A stretch of 64,000 nt of DNA from Octopus sinensis (lineage: Eukaryota). Under the pieces are notes generated by a model that saw only the letters and a program-made list of their open reading frames with translations, was not told the origin of the DNA and did no database searches. The DNA lies in assembly GCF_006345805.1 (NCBI RefSeq), contig NC_043011.1, forward strand, positions 41,056,464 to 41,120,463, given 5' to 3'. Below, piece by piece: positions 54,852 through 64,000 of the stretch. The position numbers and the translations under genes were made by a program. The stretch's first letter is position 1; every line of letters begins with the position of its first letter.

Positions 54852-55140
54852 GACTAAGAAACTCAGAAAAATACAGGTGTTGCAGAAATATGATGGATTA
54901 TCCTTCTGGTCCTAAAAAAAAGGACCATGGGCACTAATGGATTAAAACACAACCGGCCAGATATTGTTGTATGGAACCCCAAGAAAAAGGTATGTTCTGT
55001 TGTGGAAATTAACTGCCCTCTGGATACCAATATGCTTAGAAAAATACAAAAGAAAGGGGACATCTATGGGCCATTGACCGTGAATTTGCAAATGTAGTCC
55101 CCGAGATACACTTTCAGCTTCATACCCATTATCATTGGAG
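54852..55140 (+). mobile_element. RLE LINE fragment, inverted copy of ~51040-51285, between two SINE B copies
   Basis: GACTAAGAAACTCAGAAAAATAC...GGCCATTGACCGTGA matches the reverse complement; SINE B pieces at 54717-54852 and 55172-55397 (-). Confidence 0.8.
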
Positions 55141-56357
55141 TAATATAATACATACCTATCTGGATTGTGATACCTATTTCTTTACTACCCACAAGGGGCT
55201 AAATACAGAAAGCACAAACAAGGACAGACAAACGGATTAAGTCGATTATATCGACCCCAGTGCGTAACTGGTACTTAATTTATCGACCCCAAAAGGATGA
55301 AAGGCAAAGTGGACCCCGGCGGAATTTGAACTCAGAACGTAACGGCAGACGAAATACGGCTACCGGCGTGCTAACGGTTCTGCTAGCTCACCGCCTTCGT
55401 GCTTGTTATTTTGTATGTCCGTATAAAGTTTTCTTGTCACTACCTTCTCGCCTCTTCTCGGTATCTTTCGTATTTTAACGTTCATTTATTGTCCCTTCCC
55501 TCAAGGTCATTTCCCTTCTCCACTGAAAACTTATAACCTCTCCTTCCTCCGCTCTCTCACTTTCACTATCTATTTATCATTCAGCGCCAGACGGCACTTC
55601 TTATCTCTTTGACGAAAGTGTTCTGTCCGATACGTTATACTTCTCTTCTCCCTCCACAGCATTAACTTTATCCTGCTATTTAAATTTTTCCATTGCTGCT
55701 TTTTTTCCCCTTTTTTTGTCGATAATAATGTACCAGTTTCCCACTTCATATACCGGATGAATATGACTTATTAACGTCACATATAACACTTGCTTCTCAT
55801 TTGCTTTTCATTGTATTTAGTGATATGACTTGCCTTGCATTATTCATAGACATACTCTTATCTTTATACTGGTGTAAATATTTATATAGCTATTTACTTT
55901 TCTCTGCACTACTGTCAATTATGAATCTCAATCCTTCTAACACGATTTCTTTTTTTTTTGTTCATTTCGATAATTTAATAAGATACTTGATTGGAAAAGT
56001 AAACACAAAAAGTGAACATGTAAAATATAGTTCTGTGTAAAATCTGAAATAAATCTCGCGAATACCAAGATTCATAAATATTTAATTAAAAAACTTTATT
56101 TCTTAGATTTTTTAGAGGTTTGTCAGATAAATTCTTTCGTTATTTTTCATTTATCTCTATTTCTTCTAATCCTTGCCGGTGTTATTTGAATTAACAGGAA
56201 AAATATTTTATAGTAGTTTTGTGAGGTTATTTGTACCATAATGCTTCCTCTACAAGTTATGCTTGTCGTTTTTGAAATTTGAATGGATTTTTTTTCCTCA
56301 GATATATGATGATCGCGTGCCAAGTTGAAAAAAAATGATCGCATATTTGACAAATCT

Positions 56358-56388
<31 letters not shown>

Positions 56389-56392
56389 ATAC

Positions 56393-56490
<98 letters not shown>

Positions 56491-56687
56491 ATATATATAT
56501 ATAATAAATCCATGTATATATACATGCAGCACCCTGGGTTTCAGGGTCCCACAGCTTTTTTAATTTTTCTTTTTGTTCTTTTTTCTATTCACGGAGCCAA
56601 AACTCACGTCTTCTCACTGTAACAGTCCAGACCAACTAGTGTTGCAATCTGGGTAACCGGAAGTAAGCAAGCTACTTACCACACAGC

Positions 56688-56758
<71 letters not shown>

Positions 56759-56933
56759 ATAGTAATATAATTTCAATAATATATATTTAGATATATTATA
56801 AGATTTGATATGTTTCTAATTTAATCGTTAAAATTTCCTTTGGTAGAGCATTTTCAATATATATCTTAATTGTGCTTCAGATATTTAAAATTTTAAAAAT
56901 ATATTTGTAAGTTTTATTTTTAATATAATTTTT

Positions 56934-57017
56934 ATAGCCTGAGGACGCACTGGTGGATTTATGTATTAAGTATAGCCTAAATACACACCCCACCAGCGCA
57001 GAAACACGAGTAGCGAT
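56934..57017 (+). ncRNA. Type-I hammerhead with long stem II
   Basis: atagc-CTGAGGA-C-GCACTGGTGG...CCACCAGCGC-A-GAAAC(acga)GTA-gcgat. Confidence 0.7.
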
Positions 57018-57214
57018 TACTTGCACTACCTTCTTTCCCCACAGATTAAATAACAGGTAAGATATATTTATTTAACTAATTATATTTTAAGTTATTTTAA
57101 TAATTTTATTTGATTTAATTTTCTCTGCGTATACCATACCATGAGGTTGTCCTGAAATAGTTGCTTATCTATTGGTAAATATCCCAAATTTGTAAATAAT
57201 ATATATATATATAT

Positions 57215-57418
57215 ACTCTTTTACTTGTTTCAGTCATTTGACTGTGGCCATGCTGGAGTATCACCTTAGTCGAGCAAATCGACACAGGACCCATTCTTTG
57301 TAAGCTTAGTACTTATTCGATCGGTCTCTTTTGCCGAACCGCTAAGTTACGGGGGCCTAAACACAACAGCATCGGTTGTCAAGCGATGCTGGGGTGACAA
57401 ACAGACACACAAACATAT

Positions 57419-57470
<52 letters not shown>

Positions 57471-57626
57471 ACATGTATACATACACGATGGGCTTCTTTC
57501 AGTTTCCGTCTACCAAATCCACTCACAAGGCTTTGGTGAGCCCGAAGCTATAGTAAAAGACACTTGCCCAAGGTGCACTGTGTTTGGTGAGCAAGCTACT
57601 TCTGCCACACAGCCACTTCCGCGCCT
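57215..57626 (-). mobile_element. SINE family A
   Basis: Reverse complement head and tail. Confidence 0.8.
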
Positions 57627-58659
57627 AGGACAAACAAATATATTTATATATATATATATATTGTATATATATATATATATGTATACATACATACATACAT
57701 ACACATACATACACATACATACACACACACACATACATACATACATACACATACATACATACATACATACATACATACATACATACATACATACATACAC
57801 ATATACAAACAAACACGCATAGAAGAATGAGAAAATTCGTTCGATTTTTTTCTCTTTATTTTAATCATTTCCAATATTATTTGAATTTAACACGAAAAAA
57901 TATGCTCATAGTAGTTTTTTCCATGAGGTCGGGGTTGTTGCTGTAATCATTTTCTACAACTTCTGTTTATCGTTTTTAAAATTTCAATCAAATTTTCTCT
58001 TTGTTCAGACATATGGTGATAGAGTGCCTAAGAGAAAAGAAACGAACGAATTTATCACATTATCTAATATAAATATTCATCGTGAAATTTTGAGAAAAAA
58101 TGTTACTTTAGGCCTTGGTTAAACGCATTTTCTTTTATTTTCTTGTTCTTATTAATTGGGGTTTTTCATTATTATTATTATTAATAATTTATTTTCACTT
58201 CACCGCCTACCAATTTCCGTGAGAAATTCATCTCATTCGGTATTAGTGAGTATATTATATTCGATATACCATTAACTCTTCTTCCTGCCCTGAATAATCT
58301 ACCGTTTCCTGCTCACTTCGAAGGTGGTAATTCTGCTCAGTAAATCTTCATTATTTCTTTCAACTAACCTAATCTGTAATCTCTTAATGTCCTTTCGCTG
58401 AAATCTTCAAACCTTCTAAAATTTCTTATCTATATTCATCGCCGGTATTTTCTGTCATATCTTTTTGCCAATCTCGACATGTATTTTAGTTATTTATTTT
58501 ATAGAGCAAATGTGAGCAATAGCGTCATGAGTTATTCGTTCCCAACGGAAGAACCACCAGTTCAGTGCGCTTCTCGTGGTGAGAGTGACCAAAGAGTTTT
58601 TGTGAATAAATCGATGCAAAACAAATACCGCAAACACTTCATTTTAAGATAATGCAGTT

Positions 58660-58678
58660 TTTATTATTATTATTATTA

Positions 58679-58726
<48 letters not shown>

Positions 58727-58734
58727 CATCATCA

Positions 58735-58776
<42 letters not shown>

Positions 58777-58963
58777 TATTATTATTTATCATTATTATAT
58801 TATTATTATTATTATCATTATTATTATATTATTATATTATTATCATTATTATATTATTATTATTATTATCATTATATTTTTATTATTATATTATTATTAT
58901 TATTATTCATCATCATCATTATTATTATTATTAACATCATCATTATTATTATTATTATTATTA

Positions 58964-59003
<40 letters not shown>

Positions 59004-59062
59004 CATTATTATTATCATCATTATTATTATTATTATTATCATTATTATTATTATCATCATCA

Positions 59063-59096
<34 letters not shown>

Positions 59097-59116
59097 CATT
59101 ATTATTATTATTATTA

Positions 59117-59147
<31 letters not shown>

Positions 59148-59152
59148 CATCA

Positions 59153-59186
<34 letters not shown>

Positions 59187-59203
59187 CATTATTATCATTA
59201 TTA

Positions 59204-59259
<56 letters not shown>

Positions 59260-59438
59260 GTTATTTTCGATTCTGTTTATGGCTAGTGTTCACCAAATGC
59301 TGTACGATAAAATTAAATAAATAAACCCTGAGATTGATGTAATTCCTTGCTCTTATCTTAATGCCTTGTGGCTACGGGGGAAGGAGAATAGTAACGGTTA
59401 CCAATATAGCCTTGTGACAATATTGCAAATCATTTTTA

Positions 59439-59510
<72 letters not shown>

Positions 59511-59546
59511 CATCATCATCATCATTATTATCATTATTATTATTAT

Positions 59547-59641
<95 letters not shown>

Positions 59642-59870
59642 TCATTATTAAGGCGGCGAGCTAGCTGCTGGCAGAACCGTTAGCACGCTGGACGAAATGC
59701 TTAGCGGTATTTTGCCCGTCGCTACTTTCTGAGTTCAAATTCCGCCGAGGTGGACTTTGCTTTTCATCCTTTACAGGATCCATATATGAAGTACCAATTG
59801 AGTACCGGGGTCGATGTAATCGACTATCCCCCTCCTTCCAATTTCAGGCCTTATACCTATAGCAGAAAGG

Positions 59871-59934
<64 letters not shown>

Positions 59935-59953
59935 TATCATCATTATTATTATC

Positions 59954-60015
<62 letters not shown>

Positions 60016-60073
60016 CATTATAATAATTATTATTATTATAATTATTATTATCATTATTATAATTATTATTTTA

Positions 60074-60115
<42 letters not shown>

Positions 60116-60124
60116 GTTATTATT

Positions 60125-60156
<32 letters not shown>

Positions 60157-60197
60157 TATTATCATTATTATTATTATTATCATTATTATTATTATTA

Positions 60198-60262
<65 letters not shown>
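58660..60262. repeat. Long (ATT/ATC/AGT)n tracts with an embedded SINE B (59652-59870)
   Basis: Directly visible trinucleotide arrays. Confidence 0.9.
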
Positions 60263-60269
60263 GAAGAAT

Positions 60270-60690
60270 TGGAAGAATCGTTAGAGCATCGATTAAATGT
60301 CCTGCGTCATTTGTTCTGGTACTTTATGTTCTAGGTTCAAATTTGCCCGAGGTTAACTTTGCCTTTCGTCCCGCTTAAGCTAATAAAATAAAGTACCATA
60401 CAAGCAGTGGGATCGATGTAATCGACAAAACCCCTCCCCTCAAAATTGCTGGCTTTGTGCCTAAATCAGAAATCATTATGCTAGGCGGCAAGCTGGCAGA
60501 GCCGGTGGAGCATCGAAAAAATGCTTCGCGGGATTTTTTCTGGCTCTTTATATTTTGATTTGAAAACCCATCAAAGTCAACTGTGTTTTTCATCTTTTAA
60601 GGGTCGAAAAAAAAAATAATCTCCTAGTCATGTACTGGAATCGATGTCATGGAGTAACAACCTCCCTTGGAAGTTGTTGTCCTGGCGCCT
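60270..60690 (+). mobile_element. Two diverged SINE family B units
   Basis: GGTTCAAATT..GAGGT.AACTTTGCCTTTC and GGCGGCAAGCTGGCAGA. Confidence 0.6.
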
Positions 60691-60815
60691 ATTTTATTCA
60701 CAACATCGCTATCGTCGTCATCATCATCGTCGTCGTCATCACCATCATCATCATCGAGCTGAGCAAAGTCATGTGAGGGGATGTGGTAGACGGAAACCGA
60801 AAGAAGCCTGTCGTG

Positions 60816-60896
<81 letters not shown>

Positions 60897-61039
60897 TATA
60901 TATATTACTTAATACTTAATATATAATGTTTATTCATTTTTGTACTATTATATTTTATTACCAAATTAGTAATATGCACATGGAATGATGCATCATTACT
61001 CATGTCAATGCCCAGGTCACGCACTGATTTTGACTCAGG

Positions 61040-62788
61040 AATTACAATTCTTCCGGGCCAGTGTATTCGGTCTGCATGTCGTTCACCTCTGTGTGCCGGT
61101 AACGCAGGGCTTGGAACTTCCCTGCATTAAACTGCATCTTGTTGTCTTCAGCCCAGTTGTATATAGTATCCAACTCCCGTTGCAGATGTGCAATATTTCC
61201 AGGGTTTTGTATTGTGTGAGAGACTTTTGTGCCATCTGCATAGCTAGCAAGAGTGGCCATCTTAGCAACTGAGGGCATGTCTGAAAGGGCCACTATGAAC
61301 AGCAGTGACCCCCAAGACAGTGCCCTGTGGAACACCGCTTGTTATTTGTGTTTCCTTGGAGGTGGCTCCATTGCTCACAACTGCCTGCCTTCTATCTTTT
61401 AGGAAATTGTGCAGCCACTCTTCAAGTTTTCCGCCTATACCGAGATCACGTAGTTTGTGATAGATCATACCATGGTCGACTTTATCAAAGGCTTTTGCAA
61501 AGTCGAGATATATCACATCCACACTTGAGCCATTTAGTAGCTGTTTTAACACCCAGTCATAGTGTTGCAGGAGCTGTGTAGGACAGCTTCTACCTGGTCG
61601 AAATCCATGCTGGGTGTCAGTCAGCAAGTCACTTTCTTCAAGGAACATGATTAGTTTCTTGCGGACTATTCGTTCCATGACTTTGCTGATGTGTGAGGTC
61701 AGAGAGATAGGCCTATAATTTTTAGCATCTGCTCTACTTCCTCCCTTATCGATAGGGCATATTACCCCTTATTTCAATTTGACTGGGAGCTTACCACTTG
61801 CAAAAAAAGCTCTGAAAAAGAAGCTGTAGCGGTTTTGCAAGGGCTCGTTTGCACGATTTGAGAAGGATCGCTGGAAATCCATCAGGTCCAGCAGCTGAGT
61901 TTGTGTCAATCTCATCTATGGTCTGTGTGATACCATCTTCTTCAATGTTGATGTACTCAATTTTTGCCTCTTTGGCTACAGGTAAAGTGGCAAAGAATTC
62001 TTCTGGTTTGTTTACTTGCCTGTGTCCTAGAGGTGTAGTGAACACACTTTGGAACTGTTCGTTCAGTATTTAACTTATCCTCGTGGGATTTCCTATGAGG
62101 GAGCCATCTTTTTGGAAGAGAGGTCCTATCATGTAGCGCACTGTGGCTGTCTCTTTGGCAAACTTAAAGAAAGCTTTAGAGTTTGACTTGATATTTTTTA
62201 TTACTCAAGCTTCTTTATCTGCTTTCTCCTTTTCATGAGACTGATGCAGACTTTTCTCAATTTCCATTAGCATTCTCTCGAGGCGAGACTTCTCACCATT
62301 TTTGGTGTGCTTGCTCAGGCGGTTCACAATCCTCGTCCGTCGTCTCATAAGAATCTTCCTTTCTCTAGGGATCCTGTTTTTGTGTGTGCTGTCCCTGCAC
62401 ACTGGGACATATTTGTCACATATGGCTTGTATTATGGACATGAAACGTTTGTGTTTCATATCAATGTCTGGTGTGGAAGACATTTAGGCCAATCCTGTTT
62501 GAGGATCTCTTTCTCAATTAACTTCCTATTTGCTTTATGAAAGTTTAGTTTGGAGAGATTGTGGATGCTTCGTATAGGCTGTGCGTCTGCGGGAGCTTTT
62601 GGTCCATACATAGACGGCTCTATTACGTTGTGATCCGAGACCAATGTCGGCATCACTTTAACATTATGGATAATGTCCATATTGTTTGTGAAGCAGAGAT
62701 CCAGTATATTATTTGCCCTGGTTGGGTTGCAGCACAATTTGCTCCATGAAAGAGACATTTGTGAGATGGAGCAGGGATTCTACTTGTG

Positions 62789-62790
<2 letters not shown>
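61040..62790 (-). mobile_element. Second APE-RT LINE copy, truncated at both ends and frameshifted
   Basis: PTRANNILDLCFTN..SDH; AGPDGFP; TQHGFRPGRSC; YLDFAKAFDKVDHG; SGVPQGTVLG; YADGTK. Confidence 0.92.
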
Positions 62791-62830
<40 letters not shown>

Positions 62831-63019
62831 TGAGTGTATTTTACCTTGTTAACAATTAACACGGAAAATAAATAAATAGTTACCAGGGCAGCAAAAATCT
62901 CACAAGTAAAGGTGTTGTAACTCCTTGTTTATAAAGGTAGAAACTTCGTGTTTACGTTGAATATTTTGAATAATATGAATAAAAAAATGGAGTTAACGCA
63001 GGTGTAATCAAATATTTTT

Positions 63020-63105
63020 ACTTTCGACACATGTTTCGAAAATTCCACTGATACTATTCAAAAGAATAAATGGTATAAACAATACAATCTTCTCCTCAGG
63101 AAAGT
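63020..63105 (-). ncRNA. Canonical-core type-I hammerhead in the Penelope 3' region
   Basis: actttc-CTGAGGA-GAAGATT...AATTTTC-GAAAC(atgt)GTC-gaaagt; GUC cleavage predicted between 63026 and 63025. Confidence 0.88.
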
Positions 63106-63306
63106 GAAAAAAACGAAACTCGTCAATAAGACATTTTAGCAAAAAATGATGGATTTGTATAGCGATAGACAGAACGCTATTAATATTGTTTAAAAAAACG
63201 TTATATGATATATCGTCATAAGTAGCTAACAGAAAGAGTAGGGATATTAATAGTGAATGTTAAATATAAAGGAAATTAAAGTTTAAATTATATATAATGA
63301 TAGAGA

Positions 63307-64000
63307 CTACTTATATGCACTAAATGTATGTTTTCGCCAATGCCTACATCTGTATACTTGCTCTATAACCGTGTTTACTAGAGTATTTTTAGAAAAAATA
63401 ATGAAAAATAGCTCAGAATTGCAGAGAAGACATAATTTCTTGCCTTTGTCATATGGTATCGAAATTGAGAGAATCAACCATTCTAAATGAAATTGTTCAT
63501 TGTGGTCTTTTAAATCCCAAATCAGTTTGCTGAGACCGGTACTATTCCGTTTATTTCTATCCCTAAATGTTGAGTAATGGATAGAAATTCTTTTAGATAA
63601 CTCTATCGATGTGCTTCCAATGTAAAATAGTACTTTATTACGAGTACTGATTATACACTGGTATATAGAATTTTTAATCTTAGAGTTACTTGACATAAAC
63701 TTAATTCTATTGGAATTGACTTCAGATACAATAACCTTGTTATTAATATTTCTAGAGGGTTGGATGGTATTAGCTAAATTAATATTAGTATTAGTAAATG
63801 TATTAATATTTAACAGTTTGTTATTATGAGAAGAGATAATTTGCAAGAGATTTTTTGTGTTTGAAAAACCTATCCTAATCTTATGTGAATTGATTATAGA
63901 GTAATATCTAGAATTGTTTGGAAAATTCCTAGCAATAGCTTGACGAAACACCAGTGGGAGATTAGATTTAATGTATCTCCCGTAAGGAATTATTAACCAA
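63307..64000 (-). CDS. Penelope-like element ORF C-terminus (RT thumb region plus GIY-YIG endonuclease), partial
   Basis: WLIIPY..NFP..IGFS...N...IISSHN; SIYQC..FYIGST..R...HYSTF..STGLSKLIWDLK..W.IL..PY..CLLC..E; open to the window edge. Confidence 0.85.
   Translation of the reverse strand, partial: WLIIPYGRYIKSNLPLVFRQAIARNFPNNSRYYSIINSHKIRIGFSNTKNLLQIISSHNNKLLNINTFTNTNINLANTIQPSRNINNKVIVSEVNSNRIKFMSSNSKIKNSIYQCIISTRNKVLFYIGSTSIELSKRISIHYSTFRDRNKRNSTGLSKLIWDLKDHNEQFHLEWLILSISIPYDKGKKLCLLCNSELFFIIFSKNTLVNTVIEQVYRCRHWRKHTFSAYK

Noticed and set aside
55605-55645. TTGACGAAAG...CCGATACGTTA motif
   Set aside because: Two core mismatches and no clear stems
57840-58600. Purine-rich minus strand resembling decayed coding sequence
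   Set aside because: Multiple stops in the stretches translated by eye and no recognisable motif

Overview
AT-rich eukaryotic, repeat-dominated DNA, most likely from an octopus or other cephalopod (inferred from the SINE families, the R4/Dong and RTE LINE debris and the very high microsatellite load). There is a 100-N assembly gap at 33068-33167. No intact host gene is recognisable; almost all ORF-track entries are translations of (TA)n, (CA)n, (TATG)n, (GATA)n or trinucleotide repeats. Interpretable content: decayed APE-RT LINEs (CR1/L2-group-like), R4/Dong-type restriction-like-endonuclease LINE fragments in (TAA)n tracts, RTE 3' ends, two mariner relics, Helitron pieces, MITEs, at least four SINE families, and the 3' end of a Penelope-like element with an open GIY-YIG ORF. 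The most interesting signal is about ten type-I hammerhead ribozyme motifs from several unrelated sequence families. One is canonical and lies just downstream of the Penelope ORF, two form a head-to-head inverted pair, one sits inside a ~487-bp partial-tandem retrozyme-like unit, and five share an unpaired 10.1/11.1 position with an extended stem II. All structures were folded by eye and boundaries are approximate.
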